Source: Eledone cirrhosa (taxonomy: Eukaryota). From it: a DNA stretch of 64,000 nucleotides. Every line of letters begins with the position of its first letter. Within the stretch, counting starts at the first letter, position 1. Under the pieces are notes generated by a model. That model saw only the letters and a program-made list of their open reading frames with translations. It ran no database searches and was not told the origin of the DNA. This document shows positions 12,101 to 25,914 of this stretch, piece after piece. Location: the NCBI GenBank assembly GCA_964016885.1, contig OZ024743.1, positions 353,214,001 through 353,278,000 on the forward strand. Reading direction: 5' to 3'. The translations under genes and the position numbers were made by a program.

Positions 12101-12669
12101 TATAACTACAGTAGGTATGAGGAATTAAATATTACTTATATCTTTTTACAACTACAAGTTGAAATCTTCCAAGGATCTTGTTTTTTACAAACGATTATAA
12201 GAAAAATACCTTAGTCGATGAGTTTTTGCTTCGTACTTGCAGCGACATGCTTCTGACTTCCATGATATAAATAAATGTCTCTTTAACGCTCAATCCTCTA
12301 TAAATATAAATTTATTGTCGAAAGTTGATTTTCCGTATAGACAACAGAATATCTTGATAGTAGATAAGCCGTAGAAGAACAATTGACACAATGTAAAACA
12401 TGGTTTGTCGATAACTGTTCTATTCCTTCTAACGGGATTATGGAAGGAATATAGCAGGAGTTAACCTGTAATAAGTTTTTTCATCTTCCCTGTTTGGTTC
12501 ATCTCTTTGTTTTCGTGTACAGTAGTTTTCACGAGAAGGTGACAATGTATTCATACGCGACTTACCATTGGTCTGTTTAACCGAATTGCATATGAACATG
12601 TTATTGCATGTATGACGTAGCTCCACTATATAACCTTAAGTAAATCTTCCATAAGTAGTCTCAATGCTG

Positions 12670-12800
12670 TAATAATTGTTTCTACTTTTGGCACAAGGCC
12701 AGCAATTACCCAATGCATTACTGGTACTTTATTCTATCGACCTCGGAAGGATGAAAGGCAAAGTTAATCTCGGCGGGATTTGAACTCAGATCATACAGGG
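12670..12800 (-). mobile_element. Meta-like SINE, 5' truncated
   Basis: Reverse complement of the 3' part of 2939-3121. Confidence 0.85.
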
Positions 12801-12917
12801 AATAATAATATTTAAATAACCAGCGGATGAAATTATTTATCTGCTTTCCCGAACAGAGAAAAATCACCCAAATATTCTATGTCACCCCATCTTCTTGCTA
12901 AATGTTAAGTCTAATAG

Positions 12918-13255
12918 TGAAGAGTATGGCTTCGTCGTTAGAGCATTCGGCTTGAAATCGGAAGGTTGTGAGTTCGATCCTCGGATTGGGTGATGCGTTG
13001 TGTCCTTGAGCAAGACACTTTATTTCACGTCGCTCCAGTTTACTCAGCTGTAGAAATGAGTTGCAACGTCACTGGTACCAAGCTGTATTGGTCATTGCCT
13101 TTCCCTTGGATATCATCGGTGGCGTGGAGAGGGGAGACTGGTATACATGGGCGACTGCTGGTCTTCCACAAACAACTTTACCCGGACTTGTGCTTCGGAG
13201 GGGAACTTTCTAGGTGAAAATCTCATGGTCATTCCTGACCGAAGGGAGTCTTTAC
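12918..13255 (+). mobile_element. CORE-like SINE
   Basis: tRNA head with box B GAGTTCGATCC; TGTCCTTGAGCAAGACACTT core; body shared with 17451-17765. Confidence 0.88.
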
Positions 13256-13956
13256 TTAGTCTAATATCACAAAAACCTTAATCGATAAACACTTCCCCAC
13301 TAACCATAAATATAAAAATGTATTTAATAAACAATCTTAAAATAAGTTACCGTTGTACCCCTAATATAATAAATATTGTATTCTATACATCCTACTAAAA
13401 AAACTGATCGTATAGAAACACTAATACATTCCAACTGAATAAGTTTTATAATGCAGAAGCCATTACATACGAAGTTGAGATTAATTTCTCGAAAGCAAAC
13501 TTTGACGGAGTGAATGTACACTATATGTACATTTCTAAAAGGAATTTTATTAAAGACACTACGATCGTACTTCCTCTTTTGGAAAAATCGAAAAGAAAAA
13601 TGTGAATAAATCATCCGGTTACATATGGTGATTAAAAGAAAACGTTTCCAATTATAACATCAAATGAGAGATCATTGAAAGGTCAAGACCCGGCAGTAAC
13701 TGAGGTAAAAGATGTGATTTTTGCACAATCGCGAAAAGGCACATCCTTAAAAACATGTCTGCCTAAATAACTATAATAAATATAATTACATTATAATTAC
13801 AATAAATATAATTACATTATATATTGGCATATATAATGTAATTCCTATGTAATTACAGCACACACATATATAGATACATGCACACCCTTATAACCTATCC
13901 ATCTCGTTATTTTTCTGTTTTTCCAACCCTTTCTCTTGCTTGCTTCTGTATGAGTT

Positions 13957-16592
13957 TGTAGCAAGCTACTTTCCTTTGGCACATGGATACCTCCTCCGTA
14001 CGTTGTTTGGCTCAGTTCACCCAATCGCTTTCAGCGGAGCGAAATGTATCTCAATTTCCGCCCAAAGGAGAAATTCCCGTTTCTTTTCGATAAACTTTCT
14101 CTTTGCATCTAGACCCCGTCATGGTAACACCTATTTGTTTTTGCTCAACAAATATTCCAAAATGTAGCTACCGAACTTTACCGCGGCCGGTCTTCTCACT
14201 TCAGCCACCGGACCGCGTCTTCTCTTACAGCATCTTAATTTGTTTATTCATTTCTATTGGCATTCCAGCTAAACCTTTGTAATCGGTTTGTAAATAAATT
14301 ATATATAAAAACATTATAAAGTCGTATGATGCTATGTACCACAACATTCCCTTAAACTGCTTCTTTGGTGACTTCAATCAATACTAATGCAATACACAAA
14401 CATTAACATTCTCAACACTCATATCTATATCTTATTATCTACTATCATCTAAATTGGTGACCCCATCGCGGGAACATTTTCGAACTAAATGTTCCTTTAA
14501 AAGAAAATAAGAAGTAGTATTTTTAAAAAGAGAATACGCAAGCTTTCTTGTATTGTATTGTATCAACACCATGTAAAAACTTTCTTGTTGATAACATGAC
14601 AACCATTCTTTGAAAAGAAAAATTAGCTGTATTTTAAAAAATTACAGCGAGAGGAAACATTTTTTTTCTTTCAACATGGCTACCATCAACATCAACAAAC
14701 TTTCAGCAGCGACAGCAGCAGCACATTGGTTAACCACTAACCATAAACACGGAAATAACGATGTGGCAGCTTTATAGCCTTACCGACGCAAACCACCACA
14801 CCTACTATCCGCTACAACTGGTGACCATCAATTATCTACTACAACGGTGACTCGAGAATCGAAACAACAACAGCCTTCTCACTACAAATGGTGATCCGAG
14901 TTAAAATAACAATGGTGAATTCGACGCTTGCAAATCTTCACTGCTTCACAAAACTTCACGATTCATCGATGTTTCTAACGTCCGACATGATTCGAGCTTA
15001 CAGCCTTCTCACCGCACTATGGTGTCAGACGTGACGTGCATAATAATATTGGTGACTCCAGGCTGGGCATAAATTTCTCTTCAACGCTCGACTTCGATTC
15101 TACTGAAGATTTACTGTGGCTTCGCTTCGATAGCAACAACAACAACTCTACTAGCTTCCTAGTAAGAACGATAACATTCTTATCCCAAAGAAAAGAAAAA
15201 TTGAACTTTTTGTTGAAAAACAATTATTTCTTCTCTTTTTTTTTGCAGGCAATATTTGAACATTTATTTCTTTTAAACTGTATTATATGAACATTCATTT
15301 TTTTTCTATCATTGTATATATGATTGCATGCACACATTTTCTTTTGCTCTATTAGATGCCTGCATACGCACACACATTTCTTTGTCACACACTAACATGT
15401 TGTTGTCTATAGTATATGTTCTTCAAACGTCGTAATATTCTGCGAGATCCCTTTTCACCTGGTTGAGGTACCGAAACATACTATCGACACATGCAGCTTA
15501 ATTCACCTGGACACACACAGGGCCGCAACACAAGAATTGCTAATTGCAGGTGGATTCATCTCGTTGCACACTCATCGTTCTATAGCATATAAACCTCAAT
15601 CTTGTCATTTTACTCGATTCACTGGGAAAGCATTCATCGAACTGGACCTGTCACCAGTTCCCACCGTTTCTCCGACGGACTCGCCAGAATTACGGGATTA
15701 CAGCTTCAACTACTACTACCCACCTACAGATTCAACTTGCTTTCTTTTCAAAGCAACTTTAGCCATTTTTTCTGGTTGCCAAGCACTTTCGGCACCTGCA
15801 AATATTGACTAACATCTTATGGCCGCATAACAGCCATCCTAGAGTCGCTGGATCTTTCTTCACCAGAATTAGCAATCGGCAAATGCAGATACCTTCCCGT
15901 ACACAGCTACTGTTAAACTAACATAACAGCTTCATCCACACAGCTCTGGTACAATATTTACCATAAAAGCTTCATCTACACAGCTCTGGTACTACATTTG
16001 CCATAACAACTATACAGCTCTGGTAAAACATGAACAGCATCATGATTGATAATAGCTCTGGTACAACACTTACCATAACAGATACACAGCTCTGGTACAA
16101 CATTTACCATAACAGCTACACAGCTCTGGTATAACATTTACCATAACAGCTACACAGCTCTGGTACAACACTTACCATAACTAACATTTAATGCAAGAAC
16201 AGCAACTTCGCCCAATGTCAGACTTTATCCGTTTTCTGTTAGACCCCGGGTGGTCATGTATAAATAGCAAAAAAAGCTAGTCATTTGACACAGCGGCTTA
16301 ACAAGGCCCTTAGCGCCTCATTTACAATTTTTCTTCTTGCATGCATTCTTTTGTTCAATTTTTTCATTGATGTGCTCTCTTTCAGCGTTTTCCTGCTAAT
16401 TCAATCTTATTTATCGTCTTCCAGACTAAATAGGGGGTATTGTAGCTAGCTACTTTCCTTTGGCGCATGGATACCTCCTCCGTACGTTATTTGGCTCAGT
16501 TCAGCCAATCGCTACCAGCGTAGGGAAATGTATCTCAACTTCTGCCCAAAGGGAGAAATCCCGCTTCTTTTCGATAAACTTTCTCTTTAACA
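13957..16592 (+). mobile_element. Non-autonomous LTR retroelement (5' LTR 13957-~14447, truncated 3' LTR 16441-~16592)
   Basis: Direct repeats starting TGTAGC; PBS TGGTGACCCC at 14455-14464 (tRNA-Trp-like); purine tract AAATAGGGGG just before the 3' LTR; no gag/pol ORF recognised internally. Confidence 0.82.
15900..16185 (+). repeat. ~34-bp tandem repeat inside the LTR element
   Basis: Unit ACACAGCTCTGGTACAACATTTACCATAACAGCT, about 7-8 variable copies. Confidence 0.9.
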
Positions 16593-17450
16593 TTCCCGAC
16601 GCACATTTCTATATCTCTATTAACCTCTTCTAAAAGTTTTCTCCATTTTAGTAGGAATTATAGAAAAATATTCATCATTTAACTCTTTCCTAACAGTTGT
16701 GCTTAATGTGCCGATAACGGAAAATAACTCATTTTTATGCCTGGGATTTCCCACAATGTGTGATTGGGACCGGATATTTTTTTGAATATTTTTTACAAAC
16801 GATTACGTTTGTAAGTTTTATTCCAAGTAAAGACATACAAGTCTTATCAAGACATACACTGTCTTATCAAGACATGAAACTTGGAGTAAACTATGTATAA
16901 GAGCTAGTTTGTATTTCTTTATATACGTAAATTCAACTCTACAATTTGTACTGAGTGCTACATCTTTTTTTTTTACTCACGCAATCAAACCTTGCATGCC
17001 ATATATATGTGTGTGTGTTGTTTGTTTGCACGAACGCTTATTCAGTACTTACGTTACATGTAAAGTCGTGTCTGAGAACCTTAGGAAGTTCATGTGGATC
17101 TTCAATCTCCAGACGAATTAACTGTAAAAATATATCTGTTATGATGTATTACTCAATAATGATGTCGAATATACTTATCTAAAAATTCTGTGTGCACTGG
17201 GTATTTAGAAAGAGTGTGTATATTTATGTTATTGCTACAAGAAATTTTTGATAGTATCAATATAGATGTTTGTAAGTACAATGTCGCTAACAGATGAGCG
17301 TGAATATAATAGCCAATAGTGAAATTTGGAAGCAACCAGCTGAGTGGTGAGTAGGATGGGAGTTTGTGGTGTGTATTCAATGTTCACTTGGTCACAGTGG
17401 TTGGTAATTTCCATTGATTGAACATATATTTACCAGTGTGGGTATCTACT

Positions 17451-17765
17451 GTGAAGGCTTATGGCTTAGCGTTAGAGCATTCGGCTTGCAATTGGAGGGT
17501 TGTGAGTTCGATTCTTGGGCCGGATGATGTGTTGTGTTCTTGAGCAAGACACTTTATTTCACGTGGCTCCAGTTTACTCAGCTGTAGAAATGAGTTGCAA
17601 CGTCACTGATGCTAAACTGCATCGGCCATTCCCTTTCCCTTGGACATCAGTGGCGTGGAGAGGGGAGACTGGTATGCATGGGCGACTGCTGGTATTGCCC
17701 GGCCTTATGCCTCGGAAGGGAACTTTCTAGGTGCAAATCCCATGCTCTTTCATGATCTAAGGGTC
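17451..17765 (+). mobile_element. CORE-like SINE
   Basis: Same family as 12918-13255. Confidence 0.88.
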
Positions 17766-17829
17766 TTAAAGAAGAAGGGTATCGTTTGAAGAACTCTATT
17801 CTGGTGTTTAAATATTGATAGGAATTTTC

Positions 17830-18060
17830 CAATAGTTTGTTTACAAAGTTATTAGAGTTCTTCTATAGTTAGCTTGAATAGTTAAAGTTTTCAAGATGTA
17901 CCTTTTCTGCCATACACAGCTGATGTTTTGTCATATTGGTATATGCCTTACTTCTTTCTAGAATTTTGAAATTTGATGCCGTCGTCAGTGCAGAACTCAT
18001 TGACTTTCTAAATGTGATTGACCAGAGTAGTTGTAGTTCATTTATCAAAGTATTATATCT
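17830..18060 (-). pseudogene. Decayed PLE GIY-YIG C-terminal fragment
   Basis: FKILERSKAYTNMTKHQLCMAEKVHL resembles WEILARARSYNGNKRPCDLCAAEALEI of the 29453 ORF. Confidence 0.6.
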
Positions 18061-18507
18061 AGGGCAGATAAAATTCCCAAGATCCATGGACAAGTTTTCT
18101 CCAGTGGTCTCTGCCCTTCATCATCGCTGCTATGTCCCGCGTCTCCCAGAGACCAGTCTCTGCCCTTCATCATCGCCTCCATGTCCCACGTCTCCCAGAG
18201 ACCAGTGTCTGTCCTTAGGGCATCAACATATGCCATCCTCGGTCTCTCTCTTCCACTGAGTGCAGTGTCAACTATGAATGTCGGTGATCATGTCCAGCTA
18301 ACCTCAGTCTCCTCTGTGTCACTTTCGATCTGATGTTTGGAAGACTCCCGTACAGCTCTGAGTTCTTCATCCTCAGTACATAGTGATTAATGTTGACAGC
18401 CCTCCTCAGCATCCTCGTGTAGCACCCAGCCACCATCTGAGTGAATCAAGTCAGTGTCCAAGTCTTAGACCCATATCAAAGTATTTGAAGGACGTTATTT
18501 GAACTTT

Positions 18508-18695
18508 ATTTGGCAGTATCAGTAGAAGGTCGGACGCCATGCTTTGCAGCAAAGAGTTACGCCTCTTTATGGTGTGAGTTCAAATCCCGCCGAGGTTGAC
18601 TTTGCCTTTCATCCTTACGGGGTCGATAAAATAAAGTACCAGTAATGCACTGGGTAATTGCTGGCCTTGTGCCTAAAGTAGAAACAATTATTATT
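18508..18695 (+). mobile_element. Meta-like SINE (further copies ~19383-19575 +, 23105-23268 -, ~41760-41880 -, ~51303-51480 +)
   Basis: Sequence similarity to 2939-3121. Confidence 0.85.
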
Positions 18696-21600
18696 AATAG
18701 CAATCTGGCCTTGTACCAAAAGTAGAAACAATTATTATTAATAGCAATGTCCGAGCATTGCTGACTTGTGGGTTTATGTCAAACACATGTTGGCACGTGT
18801 AGGACAAATTTGGTTATCAACCAAGTCCATTGTGAAGATTGTTCTGCCGCCTTCTTTTAGTCACGAAGGGCAGACCATTTTTATATGTCTTGTAGCCATG
18901 GCGAAAGAGGATGCATGCTGGACATGCTTGAAAGGTTTGAAGACGAGCACTTTCCTTTTTGGAGAAGCCCTGATTAACTTCTTCAGATTCCACTTCAGGA
19001 AGAAAATAAGGGTAGAGAGAAAAGTATTGCCTTCAAAACAATTTGTTGAAAGGTGGGTGAGAGAAGCGAGCATGGACCGAGTGAATGGGCCCACTCTGAG
19101 TGTAAGCCTGTAGATTGGAGGAGTACAACTGGGTTAGAGCACTTACCCTAAAGATGAGAGCATCCATGGTTTTATGAACGTCTCCTCCTTATTAAGGAAC
19201 CTTCTTTGTTTTAATTTTATCTTTTTTAACATTGTAAAAATTTGTTTATACGCAAAACCCACACACCAACATACATATACACACTTTATGTTTTCGTCCT
19301 GAACTGTCATAATGTTTTTATTGGTGTAAACCCTTTGTGGTTAATAAAGAAATTATTATTATTATTATTATTATATTATATTAGGGTGGTGGATTGGTAG
19401 TATTGGTAGAGCATCGGACAATATGCTTTGTGACATAGAGTTACAGTTCTGAGTTCAAATCTAAATAAGGTTAGTTTTGCTTTTCATCCTTACGGGGTCG
19501 ATAAAATAAAGTACCAGTAATGTACTGGATCGATTTAATCGACTTTCCTCTCTCCCAAATTATTGACCTACTAGAAATTATTATTATTATTATCGTTATT
19601 ATTGTTGCTGTTGCTGTTGCTTTTATTGTTGTTGTAATTATTATTATTATTCAAACCCAATAAATGTCAATTTTATTTTCATACCCCTGGACTCAATAAC
19701 ATAAGTGGTGGTGGTGGCGATGGTGGGTATGGTGGTATTATTATTTTTTCCTCTGTGTTTCCTGGTTCTGTCAGTATTGGATTAATAGCTATCAAACTGC
19801 ATCCTGCAGCCTTAGCTATCTAGTGCTTTTCTTCGGGTTCTTGCTATGCCAAGCAAACAAATTTTATGTAGGATCAGGAAATTCACCTCAAAATCCAACA
19901 TTTTCAATCAAACATGAACTTTTTTCCACAGTGTACATAAACATATTGTATATGTTTTCATATACACCCTATTATGCACGACGCTATCTTAGTGATACTG
20001 CTAATATACTCTTTCACTCTTTTCTCTTTCCAGTTGATTGACTGAGGTCATGCTGGGGCACTGCCATATACTGAGTGTCTAACCACAAATAAAGGTAGTC
20101 ATGTTTGAGGGAGATTAACAGATCATATTGTCAGGAAGATAACACAAGAAAATCCCCAAAACCCAGCCTTCAGCAATATGACAACACTATAAATATCAGG
20201 ATTCATGAAAATTATGTTTTTTATAAATGTTCTTATTTCTAAAATAAGGGAGTTTTCAAATTCACATATGAAATATGTGAATTTGTATATCTGGTGATAT
20301 ACGATATGTTTATAAATAAACATTTAGAAAGCTTTCAGCTATGAATTTTAATGCATAAATTTATTGACCTTCATAACATTGTTTTATTATGTTAGAGATT
20401 TCAATTATGTCTTCAATTTCGTTCCATATTTAAGGTTGCTTAAAAGGTAATATGTTAAGGACTTGGGTTATGCTCTGTACTCTGTTCTAAAATTAAACTT
20501 GTATAAAGCATAGAACTCGAAATACTTTCATTATATTAAAGATTTTGACTATGTCATTTATGTTATTCTATAGTTGAGATTGTTAAAAGCATAACATTTG
20601 ATTTTGATTGACTTTAATTTCCTTCCATAGTTAAGGTTGGTGAAAGTGTAACACTCAAGCACATTTAACAAACAGAATAAATATTATAGATGTTCATAAA
20701 CAAACAGTATGAACTTAAACCAATAATATGAAATGATATTGAGAATTGTATAAATAAATGTTAACTAAAGAATAAGAATGACATTTGGCTCAGTTTCAAA
20801 ATTAGTGTGAAGGAGCTGTGAAATGCCAACTAAAGAACTGTCTAGGTGGAACTAAAGAACGAAACCCTATCTTCATTACAAGATATTTATCATCTAATGA
20901 TGTGTGCTATAATGTAAGATATTTATTCGCAAACTCATGAAACTGACTTTGAAAACTAGGTAAAAGATAGTAGTGAAAAAGTAATGAGAGATTTTCAGAT
21001 TTATCAACTTGATTTGATAGACAAAGTGTCTACACATTGTTCAACATGCTAGAAATAGCAGCCAAATTAGACATCTATATTTAAATCCTCCACCTTAGTC
21101 TTCCCTCTATTTATATCTTTGGTTTGATTCCTCCTTACTTGTCCAACCAATGTTATCTTGGAAAGATAGACATCACACCCCCTTCAAGTCCACACTGCAA
21201 CCCATCCCTTACTCTCCCTCGCATCCCAAATTTCCTTTTCCCTGTCCATCACACATTAACCTGTAAAATGGTATATTTAACAATGTACTACCAAATATTT
21301 CTCACTCTTTTCAAGACCCCATCAACTAAATGTTTACTCTCCCTTTTCATCTCCCTCAGCAAGTAACATGTAGCATGCCCCAACCCCTCTTGTTCTCATC
21401 ACTTCCTTTTCCAGCCTGACTGAGAATACAATGTGTGCTCTAGTATTGTAAAGTGGTAGTGCTGGTGCCATGATAAAATACACCCAGTATATACTGTAAA
21501 GTGGTTGGTATTATGAAGGACGTTCAGCTGTAAAAAACCATAGAAAATAGATGTAAAACAGTGAAGATAATGATTATCAATTAAAGTTAATAGAGGAAGC

Positions 21601-22614
21601 TTCTACATCAGTACTCAATATGCTAGAAAAAGATATCTAAATATATCAACTTAGAGTTGATAGAAGGAGCCTCTAAACCGTAACTAGACATTTTAGAAAT
21701 AGCAGCTAAACAAGAGATTTTAAAATATATCAGAGTTGTTAGAGGGAGCCCCTTCATTACTAGTCATACTAGTAATAGCAACAAAATGAAGGATTACTAA
21801 ATATATCAACTAGAGTTGCTTGATGGGCTCAAAAAATTCTGGAGTTGTTTTTTTAGAAGTCTTCAACTATAATTTTCTTAAAATTTCTAAAGAATTTTGG
21901 GATTTGATAAACAAAGAGCAACCTCCACTTCTCTCCAAGAGGGTACAACTCTGAAATTGATATCATTGTTGTTGTTTATCTCCTTTTGAGTTCTGATCAA
22001 ACACCTACAATCAAGGCTGTTGCTATCATGACTGTCTTATCTATTTTTTTCAGATGTATTATATCTTGGACTACATTATCTAATGAGTACATTCTTTTTT
22101 AAGACTGTAGGTGTGATTAAAGAGGAACATTTGGCAACTATTTCTAGTATATCAAGTAATCACAGAGGTACTTTTGATATTTTAAAGCAAGGTTGGAAAT
22201 ACCTTCTCATACTAGGATTTTTGTTAAACACTATGGAGTGTTAGCACCAGATGATATTGTTTTCAAGCTGTTGACTGATACATACAAAGTTTGACTGAGA
22301 GATCATCACCATTGTCATATCTACTATAAGGTGAAAGCTTCCTCAATCTGATGCAATATGTCCCTATCTTGCATCATTCCCAATTATGTAACATCCATAA
22401 ACTTATTGATCTCATCTTCTGTCTTTCTCAACTAAGTCAACCCCTGTCTCCCTTTGTTTCCATTTTATGCATAGCTTTGTCCATCTGTTGTTATTTGTTT
22501 GTGACAAGGCATCATAAAACATATTAATCTTTTCATTATTATATTTCTTATGAAAAACACTACCAATGATTTTCAAATCATTCTAAAAATGATCAGAAAT
22601 TTCAAGAGATTTAA

Positions 22615-23040
22615 TAATGATGAAGTGATAAAAGCCGACCTTACCCAATTACACCTCTCAAAGGCGATGACACACGACCGTGACCTCTGGCATCACACAG
22701 TAATACAGAAGACCCAACCCCCACGGGTACAAGCCGAAGCTGAAGCATATAGACAATATGCCCCCACACCCTTCCACTGCAAAGTGGTCGTGGAGGTGCC
22801 ACAGCATAAAAGCACCCAGCCCACACTGTAAAGTGGACGTGTAGGCGCCACAGAAAAAAGCACCCTGCACTCACTGTAAATGAAGTTGGTGTTAGGAAGG
22901 GCATCCAGCTATAGAAATCAAGCTAGAATCAGTTCCCGTATAAGCAAGGCATGGTCAGCCGACCGTACACTGCCCACAACAGGACAACCGTCTAACCCAT
23001 GCTAGCATGGAAGAACGGACATAAAACGGTGATGATGAAG
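22615..23040 (+). mobile_element. RTE LINE 3' end fragment
   Basis: DEVIKADLTQLHLSKAMTHDRDLW plus 3' UTR nearly identical to 46755-47155; (GAT)n tail. Confidence 0.88.
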
Positions 23041-23984
23041 TAACTGTCTTATTGTTAAACTAATGTTTGGAGCATAACTTAAAAAAGGTTCTTACATGAA
23101 ATTATAATTGTTTCTACTTTTGGCACAAGGCCAGCAATTACCCAGTGCATTACGGGTACTTTATTTTATTGACCCCGTAAGGATGAAAGGCAAAGTTAAC
23201 CTCGGCGGGATTTTAACTCAGACCATAAAGGGATGTAATTATGCTCGAAAGCATGGCGTCCGACCCTCTTTTTCTTTAGGTAAATATAAACACTTTGAAA
23301 TATACAGTTCAGTATCAAACGACCAGGGACAGATTGGTATCAAAAAGGTTAAGAAAATAAAATGAAAGTGAGCAAGGCATGTAGCTTGAACATATGTGGT
23401 CCTAACTACACAATTTCTAACATGGAAGAAATTTTCTTTAGGAATGAATTTCCAAAATTCTAATGAGAAATTTGGAGATTCTACCAGGGAAATTGTTTGA
23501 AAAATTCTTTGCACTGTTTTTGCTTGATTTATTTTGCTAACTGTTGATTTTAAGGGTTTCGTGGTTGTACTTGGTTGTACGTGGCAAGTGACTTGATCTG
23601 AGACCATGTGTTGCTGTAGCTTCAAGTAATTACATCATAGAAAAATTAATTTTAGCCATTCAAACAACACAAAAACTGTCAGTAATCAGATTACAGTGTT
23701 ATGAAACTCTTGACACCAAGGAATATGATAGAATATCAAATGAACTTAAGTTTTTGTGTATTTTTTGAATGGCTAAAATAACTCTTCCACAACATAACTG
23801 ATTTCAAGGATGTTAATGATATATTGATATAAGGGCAGTACTTTTATACAGTAAATTGTGCTGTATACAAGATTACTATTTCTTTTATCATATAAGTGTG
23901 TGGTGGGGTTAGGAATTTAGGATGGTAAACAGGTTAAGTGGGAGGATAGAGAAAAGAAAAAGTAGTTCTAACTCAACATGATTT

Positions 23985-24209
23985 TTAGCCTTTTAGCATT
24001 TAAACCGGCCAGAATTCTCTCACCTCTTTCTTTTCAAACTAGCTGTAACTGGCCACTCATACTGACGTTAAGATATTATTCTCAAAATAAATAACATCAA
24101 AATCTCATAGTTTTGATATTATGTGAGATAATTGTGTAAGATAAAGCCTTTACCACAAAAATACAATAGTAAATATATAGAGTAATATAAATGCTAAAGG
24201 GGGGGTTAA
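23985..24209 (+). mobile_element. piggyBac-type MITE (~220 bp)
   Basis: Family consensus ends TTAA-CCCTTTAGCATTTA...TAAATGCTAAAGGG-TTAA; five copies in the window. Confidence 0.8.
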
Positions 24210-25158
24210 AAGATCCTTTTCAATTTGCCATCATTTTGACCTAATTTCACTAATAAAGTGAAATTGGATTTTTAAAAATCATTATTTTTCTATTGTAAGA
24301 CCAACATGTTCCATATAGGGGTTATAATCCCCAAAGCTATTTTAGAGTAAGGCTAGAAATATTTTCGTATGTGGAATTTTTATGTTCTATGTAACAATTT
24401 TCATTGATACACACACAGGTACACACACAGGTACACATGTGTGTGTGCCCCATAGCACATTTTTGATTGATGCTGAGTGTTTGCCAGTGGCAAAACATGT
24501 TTTATAAAGAAACTTCAAGTGCAACATGTGCTGTTGGAAGGAAGAAATTCATTACAAACTATAAATAATTCTATTATTTTTGTCCGTTTGTTTTTGAAAC
24601 ATAAAATTTAAGATATAAATACAAAATTTAGAAAAAGTACGTTTAAAAAAAAAATAATTGAAGGTATATATATTTTGTAGCAAGTGAAAACCAATATCCT
24701 GATACCTAATAGAATGTTGAGAGGTTTTAGTGATTTTGTTTTCATAATTATACAGAAATACACAAAAGCATGAACAGAAAACCCTGAACATGTGGATATA
24801 TATGTGCTTGCAGTGGATATATATGTGCCTGCATGAATGTATATGTGTAGCTTTGTTAACAGCATGTGGGTTTTAGCAATGGCATACAGTAGGGGGAAGG
24901 TGTGGGAAAATGCCTTCAGGATTGAGAGAGGGAATATTGATATCTTCTATACAGTAGATGCCTCAGGAGCTGATGTAAGATCAGTAACAGAGAATGATTG
25001 ATGGGAGTGCAACTGTGGGTCTTTGTTTAGTAGGTGCCATAGAGATTGGTTGGATAAGGTGAAGGTGGTGGACAGAATAGAAGGTAAGGTAGTGTGTATA
25101 TATGTGTATATATATATATATTATATACACACATATATATATATTTTATATATATATA

Positions 25159-25267
<109 letters not shown>

Positions 25268-25280
25268 ATATATATTATAT

Positions 25281-25316
<36 letters not shown>

Positions 25317-25319
<3 letters not shown>

Positions 25320-25507
25320 TGAGATTCTACAGGACTAGAACTATTTCATTCTTTAGAAATCATCAGGAATCAGGGATTCCTGATGATTTCTAAAGAATGA
25401 AACAGTTCTAGTCCTGTAGAATCTCATCTGTATTAAAACTTTTACTCTCTGCAATGTATTGAGTACCTTACTTACTGTGGTTACCTCCGATTCAACCCGG
25501 AATAACG
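25317..25507. mobile_element. Very short palindromic PLE twin with hammerhead-like motif and tail
   Basis: Inverted arms ~25317-25371 and ~25376-25430 carry CTGATGA-TTTC-TAAA-GAAT-GAAA; one-sided tail; lies in a long (TA)n tract; related remnant at 56985-57090. Confidence 0.8.
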
Positions 25508-25578
25508 TATATATATATTATACGTGGGAAAGTAAAAAATCGGAGAATAGACCGCTAAAACATGTTTATTTAAAATAT

Positions 25579-25618
25579 CACCTACGTACGTTTCGCCCAG
25601 TTGGGCTTCTCAAGGGCA
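25579..25618 (-). ncRNA. Hammerhead ribozyme, U3-A8 variant
   Basis: Reverse complement CC-TTGAGAA-GCCC-AACT-GGGC-GAAA-CGTACG-TA-GG. Confidence 0.72.
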
Positions 25619-25914
25619 TAAATAATCACAAGTGTTCCTTATATAGTTCGGAAAGAGTTTTGGGGGTTAAATCTACATCAAGATTCATTGCTCGCAAAAA
25701 TATCTTGTTTTGATTTTGCAGCAGGTCAAGGGAGGTAACTCTGGCCGGTGTTAGGGCAGTCTTTCTCGGATAATTTTTTTTTTTTTTTTTTTTTTGCCGC
25801 ATCCGTTTGTCTGAGGCTGGGTCTGGTATGCAAGGATTGTTTTCTGGGTGTTATTTTGCTGCGCCTGCCCGCCGGGGTGTTAAGACTTGTTGCAGGGAGA
25901 TCCAGTGTACTATT

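Noticed and set aside
15900-16185. CRISPR-like appearance of short repeats (also 36791-37220)
   Set aside because: Contiguous tandem repeats without unique spacers; eukaryotic context and no cas genes.
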